From assembly GCA_950097015.1 (NCBI GenBank), contig CATNEN010000038.1:31682001-31746000 (forward strand): a stretch of 64,000 nucleotides of DNA, read 5' to 3'. The position numbers and the translations under genes are program-made. Shown in pieces: positions 39,699-51,720 of this stretch. The notes under the pieces were generated by a model that saw only the letters and a program-made list of their open reading frames with translations, was not told where the DNA came from and searched no databases. Within the stretch, counting starts at the first letter, position 1. Each line of letters starts with the position of its first letter. The DNA comes from Macrostomum hystrix (lineage: Eukaryota; Animalia; Platyhelminthes).

Positions 39699-41881
39699 AT
39701 GCTGAAATTCTTCTTTAAAATTTTACTACTAATTATCTATATTTGCGTTAAGTTTGATCAAAGCAGCGGCATTGTCTGTCGTCGACCGTTTGTTGCCGTC
39801 AGCAACAGCAGCAGCATCAGCAAGTGTCTGCTGCCACCGAATGCGTCTCACAGGTATAATATAATGATAATCATAATTGCAGGAGGGCTGCGCGCAATGG
39901 CACATCATTTGGTGACACTAGACCCGCAGCCAGCGAGGAGGCAATTCTGCCCATTCCGCTGACTCCTGAGCACACACGCACACAGATACTGTACACAGAC
40001 ACACACGCACACAGATACTGTACACAGACACACACGCACACAGATACTGTACACAGACACACACGCACACAGATACTGTACACAGACACACACGCACACA
40101 GATACTGTACACAGACACACACGCACACAGATACTGTACACAGACACACACGCACACAGATACTGTACACAGACACACACGCACACAGATACTGTACACA
40201 GACACACACGCACACAGATACTGTACACAGACACACACGCACACAGATACTGTACACAGACACACACGCACACAGATACTGTACACAGACACACACGCAC
40301 ACAGATACTGTACACAGACACACACGCACACAGATACTGTACACAGACACACACGCACACAGATACTGTACACAGACACACACGCACACAGATACTGTAC
40401 ACAGACACACACGCACACAGATACTGTACACAGACACACACGCACACAGATACTGTACACAGACACACACGCACACAGATACTGTACACAGACACACACG
40501 CACACAGATACTGTACACAGACACACACGCACACAGATACTGTACACAGACACACACGCACACAGATACTGTACACAGACACACACGCACACAGATACTG
40601 TACACAGACACACACTCACACAGATACTATACACAGACAGACACGCACACAGATACTGTACACAGACACACACGCACACGGGGCGCAAATTGCACGACAA
40701 GCCGACCAAGCCTTTCTCTTTCTTGGGGTCGGTGGCAGAGCGGTTAACGCGTTTGCCTCTCGCACCAAGGTCCCTGAGCTCGATTCCGTGGCGAGGCCAC
40801 TTTCATTTGGGGCTCAGTCGCGGAGAGAAGGCTTGGGGGCTTGTCGTGCAATTTACGCCCTTGAGGGCCAACTTCCAAGGCACAGTGAAATGTACACTGC
40901 CTGACGATGAGAAAGTCAGTGCAGATGTACACACCTGTGTGAGCGTGTGCCTGCATACGGTATCTGTGTGCGTGTGTGCTCAGGAGTCAGCGAAATGGGC
41001 AGAATTGCCTCCTCGATGGCTGCGGGTCTAGTGTCACCAAATGATGTGCCATTGCCCGCAGCCCTCCTGAAATTATTTTTGTTATTATCATTTTTTCATT
41101 AAGCCTTTCTCTCCGCGGCTGTGTCTCAAATGTCTCAAATGAAAGTGGCCTCGCCGCGGAATCGAGCTTAGGGACCTACTACCTAGGTGCGAGAGGCAAA
41201 CGCGTTAACCGCTCTATCACCGACCCCTTTCCCAGGTTGACCTGGTGTGCTGCGAATCGTTATTGCTGGAATCTCGGCGCTCGCATGATCACCGACCCCA
41301 ACGCGGCTGTCAATCTTCTTCTAGGAGGCGACAAGCCGCTGTGGTCTTGGCTGGGAGTGTCCGATCTTGCCGAGGAACGCGGCAAAGAGCGCTCCGGTTG
41401 GCGTTTAGTTGTCATTGGCAAGGCCGACTCCGAGACGCAGTTCCCAGCCGACTATGCCGGATGGGGCCAGGAGCCAAACGACGCTGTGACGGGCTGGGAG
41501 AATTGCATCGAAGTCAATACGATCAGCGGCCAGCTCAACGACAAGACCTGCTCAGATTTAAATTCATTCATTTGCGAAGCAATCATCGGCCAGAAGGAGT
41601 TGTCTTCGTTGAACAGTTTAGGCGTCTGGCGGCGGGTTGATTTCAATCGGCGACATTACAACGCGCAATCGGAGTATTGCCATTCGGGGGACAGTCAGGT
41701 AGATTCTATTCAACGATGCCTTCAACTGGCTGTCAGCCACTCATATCCTAGTAGCGGACTATTGTTCAACAGGCGGTCCGGAGCCTGCAGGCTTGTTGAG
41801 TTCACCGGGGATGTAGAAGCTGAACAGAGCATTGAACTCGATCCAGACTGGATAAAAGTACTCCTGAAGGATTCTCAATGA
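39699..41881 (+). CDS. Secreted C-type lectin domain protein (EPN motif) with a possible degenerate C-terminal PAN/apple-like segment, 2 exons
   Basis: Exon 1 39699-39853 carries a hydrophobic signal-like N-terminus and ends CAG|GT. Exon 2 41236-41881 is in phase (AG+G=Arg). Motifs: LTWCAANRYC, WLGVSD, WGQEPND, ENC, LNDKTC, FICE. Confidence 0.88.
39971..40680. repeat. Near-perfect 29-bp minisatellite inside a SINE (CACACACGCACACAGATACTGTACACAGA)n, ~24 copies
   Basis: Seen directly; corresponds to the SINE's internal GT-rich segment. Confidence 0.97.
40725..41100 (+). mobile_element. SINE family A inner copy nested in the outer copy, 12-bp TSD AAGCCTTTCTCT
   Basis: Full head-to-tail copy. 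The TSD is at 40708-40719 and 41101-41112. Confidence 0.9.
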
Positions 41882-41981
41882 AGCAGTTGTTTTTTCTATT
41901 AAATAAAAACACCAAAATGAATCGAGAATCGACATTTTTGTCCATCTCATTTTGTCAATCGTTTTTAATTTTCTAAAGATC

Positions 41982-42395
41982 TCTCATGAGATTCCAACAG
42001 ATCTCATGAGATTCCAACAGATCTCATGAGATTCCAACAGATCTCATGAGATTCCAACAGATCTCATGAGATTCCAACAGATCTCATGAGATTCCAACAG
42101 ATCTCATGAGATTCCAACAGATCTCATGAGATTCCAACAGATCTCATGAGATTCCAACAGATCTCATGAGATTCCAACAGATCTCATTAGATTCCAACAG
42201 ATCTCAAGATTCCAGCAGATCTCATGAGATTCCAGCAGAACTCATGAGATTCCAGCAGATCTCATGAGATTTCAACAGATCTCATGAGATTCCAACAGAT
42301 CTCATGAGATTCCAGCAGATCTCATGAAATTCCAGCAGAACTCATGAGATTCCAACAGATCTCATGAGATTCCAGCAGAACTCATGAGATTCCAC
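41982..42395. repeat. 20-bp minisatellite (ATCTCATGAGATTCCAACAG)n with a 12-bp palindrome per unit
   Basis: Seen directly. Confidence 0.95.
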
Positions 42396-42695
42396 AGGTC
42401 AAGAGGAAGCGCTACTGACTGAGTTTCTGGAATTCAAATTAGCTTTCAAGAATGCATTCCTAAATCTTTACTTGAAGCAGTTCTCTTAAGAAGAAATGTA
42501 CTAAGCATGTTTATTTGCTTCTAGAAGCAAAAACTTATTTATAACTGGGCCTGTTTCCAAATCCAGGCGAACAATCTCTACCTACTGGAACCAATTATAG
42601 ACCAATAGACGATGTTTGAAGTGCCATAGATTTTAGAAACTTAATGCGCTGAAAAATTACCACAAAGAAATTTCATCAAAAGACAGAGACTAGAA

Positions 42696-45600
42696 ATGGA
42701 TTCAGTATCAATTTGGAAACAGATATTATTAACCCTGCTTCTAGTTTGTCTATCCATTCTGCTGCCTCTAGCAGTCTTACTAGTGATAGCTTATTTCTAC
42801 GCGCTTAGAAATCGGTCCAAGGTGGTTGACATTGCCAGCCAGCTGCGTGACGATCAGTTCAAAGGCAGGACGGTGCTACTGACTGGCGGCAGCAGTGGCA
42901 TTGGTATGGAGTGCGCTGTGCAGCTCGCTAGCAGGGGCGCTACCGTCTGGCTGCTAGGGAGGTGAGAATTGAGTTTTATCGTGAGGATTTTACCGGATTC
43001 TACCCCCGAGGATTCTAACTCCGAGGATTCTACCCCCGAGGATTCTAACTCCGAGGATTCTACCCCCGAGGACTCTACCCCCCGAGGACTCTACCCCCCG
43101 AGGATTCTAACCCCCGAGGATTCTACCCCCGAGGATTCTACCCACGAGGATTCTAACCCCCGAGGATTCTAATCCCCGAGGATTCTAACCCTCGAGGATT
43201 CTACCTCCGAGGATTCTACCCCCCGAGGATTCTATCCCTCGAGGATTCTACCCCCGAGGATTCTATCCCCCGAGGATTCTACCCCCGAGGATTCTATCCC
43301 CCGAGGATTCTACCCCCGAGGATTCTACCCACGAGGATTCTAACCCCCGAGGATTCTAATCCCCGAGGATTCTAACCCTCGAGGATTCTACCTCCGAGGA
43401 TTCTACCCCCCGAGGATTCTATCCCTCGAGGATTCTACCCCCGAGGATTCTATCCCCGAGGATTCTACCCCCCGAGGATTATATCCCCGAGGATTCTACC
43501 CCCCCCCCGAGGATTCTAATCCTCGAGGATTCTACCCCGAGGATTCTACCCCGAGGATTCTATCCCCGAGGATTCTACCTCCGAGGATTCTAACCCTCGA
43601 GGATTCTACCTCCGAGGATTCCAACCCTGAGGATTCACCATGAGGATTCTACCTTCGAGAATTCTTACCTTAAGAGTTATTCCATCAAGAATTCTACCTC
43701 ATTCTGACCTAAGCATTCTACCCTCACAGGTTAGGATTTGAGGACTTAAGGATTTAATCCCCTTAAAGGCAGAATTTTTCCAGGTAATTCTACCCTGAGG
43801 ATTTCACTCCTAGACAGACTCTACCCAAACTACTCAGATCGCTAGATCGTGGCGAAGAGGCGGTGAGGGAAATCCGGAATCGAACCCAGAACGGCCGGCT
43901 GCTAGTTCGCCAGCTCGATTTGTCCAGCCTGATTCAAGTGGCTCGATTCTGTGACCAATTCTGCGCGGAAGAATCCAATGCCCAGATTGACATTCTGGTG
44001 AACAATGCCGGCGTATTCTCGCCGCCCTACAGTCGCACTGTCGAAGGTCTAGATCCCAGTTTAGCCAGCAATCACCTGGGTCACTACCTCTTAACCTGTC
44101 TGCTGATGGTTCGCGGCCGTCTGTCAACAAATGCCAAACTGATTCTGGTCACTGGGGCCATGTACAAAGACGGTTGCCGAGACGCTGCTGCCTGGAATCA
44201 ACTGCCAGCTTGTGAAGCTGATTATAGCGGTTTGCAGGTGATTATTTTTAAATCTGATAATCCTCCTAATCCTACTCAAATAATCACTATAACCGCAAAT
44301 CTCGTTAAAATACTCATTGAATCCTAAATCTCATATTGGAAAATCATTTAAATCCCAAATGCCCTTCAGAACATCCTTGATATATAAAAAATCCCATTCA
44401 CAGAATCATTGAAATCCCTAATCCCAAGTAATTATTCACAACATTTCTTAAATCAACACAGATAATACTTAAAATCTCAAATCCTTACTAATAGAATCTC
44501 AAATCATTACTAATAGAATCTCAAATCCTTACTAATAGAATCTCAAATCATTACTAATAGAATCTCAAATCCTTACTAATAGAATCTCAAATCCTTACCA
44601 ACAGAATCTCAAATCATTACTAATAGAATCTCAAATCATTTCTAATAGAATCTCAAATCCTTACTAATAGAATCTCAAATCATTACTAATAGAATCTCAA
44701 ATCCTTACCAACAGAATCTCAAATCATTACTAATAGAATCTCAAATCATTTCTAATAGAATCTCAAATCCTTACTAATAGAATCTCAAATCCTTACCAAT
44801 AGAATCTCAAATCATTACCAATAGAATCTCAAATCATTACCAATAGAATCTCAAATCATTACTAATAGAATCTCAAATCATTTCTAATAGAATCTCAAAT
44901 CCTTACTAATAGAATCTCAAATCATTACTAATAGAATCTCAAATCATTACTAATAGAATCTCAAATCCTAACTAATAGAATCTCAAATCATTACTAATAG
45001 AATCTCAAATCATTACTAATAGAATCTCAAATCCTAACTAATAGAATCTCAAATCATTACTAATAGAATCTCAAATCCTTACCAATAGAATCTCAAATCA
45101 TTACCAATAGAATCTCAAATCATTACCAATAGAATCTCAAATCCTTACTAATAGAATCTCAAATCATTACTAATAGAATCTCAAATCATTACCAATAGAA
45201 TCTCAAATCATTACCAATAGAATCTCAAATCATTACTAATAGAATCTCAAATCCTTACTAATAGAATCTCAAATCCTTACTAATAGAATCTCAAATCATT
45301 TCTAATAGAATCTCGAATCATTTCTAATAGAATCTCAAATCATTTCTAATAGAATCTCAAATCATTTCTAATAGAATCTCAAATCATTACTAATAGAATC
45401 TCAAATCCTTACTAATAGAATCTCAAATCATTTCTAATAGAATCTCAAATCCTTACTAATAGAATCTCAAATCATTTCTAATAGAATCTCAAATCATTTC
45501 TAATAGAATCTCAAATCATTACTAATAGAATCTCAAATCATTTCTAATAGAATCTCAAATCATTTCTAATAGAATCTCAAATCATTACTAATAGAATCTC

Positions 45601-48600
45601 AAATCCTTACTAATAGAATCTCAAATCATTTCTAATAGAATCTCAAATCCTTACCAACAGAATCTCAAATCCTTACTAATAGAATCTCAAATCCTTACTA
45701 ATAGAATCTCAAATCATTACTAATAGAATCTCAAATCGTTACTAATAGAATCTCAAATCATTACTAATAGAATCTCAAATCATTTCTAATAGAATCTCAA
45801 ATCATTACTAATAGAAAATCAAATCCTAACTAATAGAATCTCAAATCCTAACTAATAGAATCTCAAATCCTTACTAATAGAATCTCAAATCCTTACTAAT
45901 AGAATCTCAAATCATTTCTAATAGAATCTCAAATCATTTCTAATAGAATCTCAAATCATTACTAATAGAATCTCAAATCCTTACTAATAGAATCTCAAAT
46001 CATTTCTAATAGAATCTCAAATCATTACTAATAGAATCTCAAATCCTTACTAATAGAATCTCAAATCATTACTAATAGAATCTCAAATCCTTACTAATAG
46101 AATCTCAAATCATTACAAATAGAATCTCAAATCCTTACTAATAGAATCTCAAATCCTTACTAATAGAATCTCAAATCCTTACCAATAGAATCTCAAATCC
46201 TTACTAATAGAATCTCAAATCCTTACTAATAGAATCTCAAATCCTTACTAATAGAATCTCAAATCCTTACTAATAGAATCTCAAATCCTTACCAATAGAA
46301 TCTCAAATCCTTACTAATAGAATCTCAAATCCTTACTAATAGAATCTCAAATCCTTACTAATAGAATCTCAAATCCTTACTAATAGAATCTCAAATCCTT
46401 ACTAATAGAATCTCAAATCCTTACTAATAGAATCTCAAATCCTTACTAATAGAATCTCAAATCCTTACCAATAGAATCTCAAATCCTTACTAATAGAATC
46501 TCAAATCCTTACCAACAGAATCTCAAATCCTTACTAATAGAATCTCAAATCCTTACTAATAGAATCTCAAATCATTACTAATAGAATCTCAAATCATTAC
46601 TAATAGAATCTCAAATCCTTACTAATAGAATCTCAAATCCTTACCAATAGAATCTCAAATCCTTACTAATAGAATCTCAAATCCTTACCAACAGAATCTC
46701 AAATCCTTACTAATAGAATCTCAAATCCTTACCAATAGAATCTCAAATCCTTACTAATAGAATCTCAAATCCTTACTAATAGAATCTCAAATCCTTACCA
46801 ATAGAATCTCAAATCCTTACTAATAGAATCTCAAATCCTTACCAACAGAATCTCAAATCCTTACTAATAGAATCTCAAATCCTTACCAATAGAATCTCAA
46901 ATCCTTACTAATAGAATCTCAAATCCTTACTAATAGAATCTCAAATCCTTACTAATAGAATCTCAAATCCTTACTAATAGAATCTCAAATCCTTACTAAT
47001 AGAATCTCAAATCCTTACCAACAGAATCTCAAATCCTTACTAATAGAATCTCGAATCCTTACTAATAGAATCTCGAATCCTTACTAATAGAATCTCGAAT
47101 CCTTACTAATAGATTCTCAAATCCTTACTAATAGAATCTCGAATCCTTACTAATAGAATCTCAAATCATTTCTAATAGAATCTCAAATCCTTACTAATAG
47201 AATCTCAAATCATTACTAATAGAATCTCAAATCCTTACTAATAGAATATCAAATCCTTACTAATAGATTCTCAAATCCTTACTAATAGAATCTCAAATCC
47301 TTACTAATAGAATCTCGAATCCTTACTAATAGATTCTCAAATCCTTACTAATAGAATCTCGAATCCTTACTAATAGAATCTCAAATCATTTCTAATAGAA
47401 TCTCAAATCCTTACTAATAGAATCTCAAATCATTACTAATAGAATCTCAAATCCTTACTAATAGAATATCAAATCCTTACTAATAGAATCTCGAATCCTT
47501 ACTAATAGATTCTCAAATCCTTACTAATAGAATCTCGAATCCTTACTAATAGAATCTCAAATCATTACTAATAGAATCTCAAATCCTTACTAATAGAATA
47601 TCAAATCATTACTAATAGAATCTCAAATGTATTAAATCCCATTTAGAGAATCACAAAAGCAGTCTCAAATATAACTCTAAATTAAGCTTTAATGTCTCAA
47701 AGTTAGCGGCCCTCCAGCCCCCCAGTTCTCTGATTGGTTAAACTATTTCTCTCGTGTTTTTCTTGCCCTCCTTTACCCTGCCGCGACTCCGCTTAGCCCT
47801 GACCCCAACCTCCCCCACCCAACCTCCCCAATCCCGTGCGGCACGTGATTGGTCAGTCCCGAATTATAATTTGAAACGAATCTAGAGCATTTAATGTGCT
47901 CACGGATGATAATAAAAATGTTAATAATTTCAGGAGGGCTGCTGGCAATGGCACACCATTTAGTGACACTAGACCCGCAGCCAGCAAGGAGGCAGTTCTG
48001 TCCATTTCGCTGACTCCTGAGCACACACGCACACAGGTGTGTACATATGTCCTGACTTTCTCATCGTCGTGCAGTGTACACTCTCACTGTGCCTTGGAGG
48101 TTGGCCCTCAAGGGCGTAAATTGCACGACAAGCCCCCAAGCCTTCTCTCCGCGACTGAGCCCCAAATGAAAGTGGCCTCGCCGCGGAATCGAGCTCAGGG
48201 ACCTTGGTGCGAGAGGCAAACGCGTTAACCGCTAATCTACTCACATTTTGCCAAAAGCCGAGCGCACATTGTCGATGAGGATTAAAACATTCAAGTACGA
48301 GCTAATGAAAGCTTTTTTTAAACTTTAACATCTTGCAGGAAGAAGAAAAACTTTTTGCCAAGCGAAAATAACTTTTTAGAAACAGTCTGATAAACCAGAT
48401 AGTCTACACGTAAGACATAAAGAGAAAAAGCAACAAAATAATAATGTGTCTTGTCCCACTTAAAGGACAAAGTAATGCGAACATATTGTTTTGACGGTAG
48501 AAAAATAATAAGTCACTTTCTGCGCAGAAAAGTTAAGCAGACCAGACAGCAAGTGCACGAAATGTTACAGACTTATTCGAACAAATCAATTCGATCTTTC

Positions 48601-51181
48601 TCTGCTTGTGTTGTGCTCTGGGAAAGTCTGGGAAAATAAGAAAAACAACTAGAGAGACCTCACTGGAAAATTTGCTCTGCGCTTGCTAACTAGCGTTCTC
48701 GGGGGATTTGCAGCATTTTTATGTGGATCTAGTGAGATTCTAGTAGGATCTAGTGAGATTCTAGTAGGATCTAGTGAGATTCTAGTAGGATCTAGTGAGA
48801 TTCTAGTAGGATCTAGTGAGATTCTAGTAGGATCTAGTGAGATTCTAGTAGGATCTAGTGAGATTCTAGTAGGATCTAGTGAGATTCTAGTAGGATCTAG
48901 TGAGATTCTAGTAGGATCTAGTGAGATTCTAGTGAGCTTCTAGTAGGATCTAGTGAGATTCTAGTAGGATCTAGTGAGATTCTAGTGAGCTTCTAGTAGG
49001 ATCTAGTGAGATTATAGTAGGATCTAGTGAGATTCTAGTAGGATCTAGTGAGATTCTAGTAGGATCTAGTGAGATTCTAGTAGGATCTAGTGAGATTCTA
49101 GTAGGATCTAGTGAGATTCTAGTAGGATCTAGTGAGATTCTAGTAGGATCTAGTGAGATTCTAGTAGGATCTAGTGAGATTCTAGTAGGATCTAGTGAGA
49201 TTCTAGTAGGATCTAGTGAGATTCTAGTAGGATCTAGTGAGATTCTAGTAGGATCTAGTGAGCTTCTAGTAGAATCTAGTGAGATTCTAGTAGGATCTAG
49301 TGAGATTCTAGTAGGATCTAGTGAGATTCTAGTAGGATCTAGTGAGATTCTAGTAGGATCTAGTGAGATTCTAGTGAGATTCTAGTAGGATCTAGTGAGA
49401 TTCTAGTAGGATCTAGTGAGATTCTAGTAGGATCTAGTGAGATTCTAGTAGGATCTAGTGAGATTCTAGTAGGATCTAGTGAGATTCTAGTAGGATCTAG
49501 TGAGATTCTAGTGAGATTCTAGTAGGATCTAGTGAGATTCTAGTAGGATCTAGTGAGATTCTAGTAGGATCTAGTGAGATTCTAGTAGGATCTAGTGAGA
49601 TTCTAGTAGGATCTAGTGAGATTCTAGTAGGATCTAGTGAGATTCTAGTAGGATTTAGTGAGATTCTAGTAGGATCTAGTGAGATTCTAGTAGGATCTAG
49701 TGAGATTCTAGTAGGATCTAGTGAGATTCTAGTAGGATCTAGTGAGATTCTAGTAGGATCTAGTGAGATTCTAGTAGGATCTAGTGAGATTCTAGTAGGA
49801 TCTAGTGAGATTCTAGTAGGATCTAGTGAGATTCTAGTAGGATCTAGTGAGATTCTAGTAGGATCTAGTGAGATTCTAGTAGGATCTAGTGAGATTCTAG
49901 TAGGATCTAGTGAGATTCTAGTAGGATCTAGTGAGATTCTAGTAGGATCTAGTGAGATTCTAGTAGGATCTAGTGAGATTCTAGTAGGATCTAGTGAGAT
50001 TCTAGTAGGATCTAGTGAGATTCTAGTAGGATCTAGTGAGATTCTAGTAGGATCTAGTGAGCTTCTAGTAGAATCTAGTGAGATTCTAGTAGGATCTAGT
50101 GAGATTCTAGTAGGATCTAGTGAGATTCTAGTAGGATCTAGTGAGATTCTAGTAGGATCTAGTGAGATTCTAGTAGGATCTAGTGAGATTCTAGTAGGAT
50201 CTAGTGAGATTCTAGTAGGATCTAGTGAGATTCTAGTAGGATCTAGTGAGATTCTAGTGAGCTTCTAGTAGGATCTAGTGAGATTATAGTAGGATCTAGT
50301 GAGATTCTAGTAGGATCTAGTGAGATTCTAGTAGGATCTAGTGAGATTCTAGTGAGATTCTAGTAGGATCTAGTGAGATTCTAGTAGGATCTAGTGAGAT
50401 TCTAGTAGGATCTAGTGAGATTCTAGTAGGATCTAGTGAGCTTCTAGTAGGATCTAGTGAGATTCTAGTGAGATTCTAGTAGGATCTAGTGAGATTCTAG
50501 TAGGATCTAGTGAGATTCTAGTAGGATCTAGTGAGATTCTAGTAGGATCTAGTGAGATTCTAGTAGGATCTAGTGAGATTTTAGTAGGATCTAGTGAGAT
50601 TCTAGTAGGATCTAGTGAGATTCTAGTAGGATCTAGTGAGATTTTAGTAGGATCTAGTGAGATTCTCTATCGATATTTCATGGTGCTAAATGTGGCTTCA
50701 CCTTCTAGGCAATAAAACAGCTAAATCAATAACAATATCCCGCAAGGCCTACCGCAACTCGAAGCTTGCCATCTGTCTATTTGGCCTGGCGCTGCATCGC
50801 CATCTTCGAGCAACTGACAGCGGCGCCAAGGTGTTCCTTGTACATCCCGGTGTTGTTGGCACCAACATAAGCCGTCATCTACTACTTGGCCTACCAAATT
50901 TCGTCCGCTCATGCGTGCTCAAAATTGCAGAATCGTTCATGCTGAACAGTTTTGAAGGCTGTCAGGGCATCTTGGCTTGCTCGGCTGATCAGGACTCGAG
51001 CCTGCCTAGCGGCGCCTATTTTCACAGCTGCCAATTAGAGGCATGGGAAGAGTTCGTGCTGAATGAGGATCTCGCACTGGCAGCCTGTCGGGAGAGCGCT
51101 AGACTGGTTTGTGACTGCCTGAAAGACGGTCGGATCGCCGAGGAACTACGACGATGCGGCATTAATGGCGGCGAAAATTGA
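42696..51181 (+). CDS. Short-chain dehydrogenase/reductase, retinol dehydrogenase 11-14-like, with N-terminal membrane anchor, 3 exons
   Basis: Exons 42696-42961, 43838-44237, 50747-51181, phase-consistent. Motifs: TGGSSGIG, LDLSSL, IDILVNNAG, NHLGHYLLT, YRNSK (YxxxK), VHPGVV. Confidence 0.92.
42983..43680. repeat. ~15-16-bp array (GAGGATTCTACCCCC)n
   Basis: Seen directly. Confidence 0.93.
44470..47627. repeat. 22-bp minisatellite (AATAGAATCTCAAATCCTTACT)n
   Basis: Seen directly. Confidence 0.97.
47905..48234 (-). mobile_element. SINE family A copy, slightly 5'-truncated, in intron 2 of the SDR gene
   Basis: Reverse complement of family A; ends at ..CGCGTTAACCGCT. Confidence 0.85.
48725..50666. 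repeat. 21-bp minisatellite (GGATCTAGTGAGATTCTAGTA)n
   Basis: Seen directly. Confidence 0.97.
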
Positions 51182-51227
51182 AAATCCTGAAGATTAAACT
51201 TTTTTTTTATTATTTAGGTTTCCCTCA

Positions 51228-51430
51228 TATCGAAATTTGATTGGCCAACAAATATGGATCCGTTGCTATTTTTAGAAGCAGTTTCGTCACCACTCACATC
51301 GAAATTTGATTGGCCAACAAATATGGATCCGTTGCTATTTTTAGAAACAGTTTCGTCACCACTCACATCGAAATTTGATTGGCCAACAAATATGGATCCG
51401 TTGCTATTTTTAGAAACAGTTTCGTCACTA
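51228..51430. repeat. 69-bp unit, ~3 copies, just downstream of the SDR stop codon
   Basis: ATCGAAATTTGATTGGCCAACAAATATGGATCCGTTGC.. occurs three times. Confidence 0.9.
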
Positions 51431-51720
51431 CTAATGTCTTGCACGTGACTTGGCTTGAACAATAAAGTAGTTTTTTCAGACTTTTACTTTAATCCCAAGA
51501 ATCGACAAAAAGAACACTAAACTTGTTAAATGTCACACACTTAATAATGTGAACGTACCCTTGAATTTTTTACTTTTTAACCAGGATAAAATCACATAAA
51601 ATTCAGGGCCATGTTTTATTAAACTTATTAGAGCTTAGTAAAAGTGCTATTAAATTACTATGTACTTTAACTCAGCATGAAACACTACTTCCTTTCCATC
51701 GCCCTCGAGTTGAGAAGTCA

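Larger units (their letters stand above)
39856..41227 (-). mobile_element. SINE family A outer copy (interrupted), making up the lectin intron
   Basis: Tail and 3' part 39856-39970, 29-bp minisatellite 39971-40680, middle 40681-40719, head 41101-41227. Flanked by TCTCACAGGT / TTTCCCAGGT. Confidence 0.85.

Noticed and set aside
40725-40800. tRNA gene
   Set aside because: A/B-box-like motifs are present, but the cloverleaf is poor and the head is always attached to the SINE body.
40900-40925. CTGACGA..GAAA as a hammerhead ribozyme core in SINE A (and CTGACGA in the 68-bp repeat)
   Set aside because: Only 3 nt separate the motifs, so there is no stem II, and CTGAC pairs with the downstream GTCAG. 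The 68-mer has no GAAA after its hairpin.
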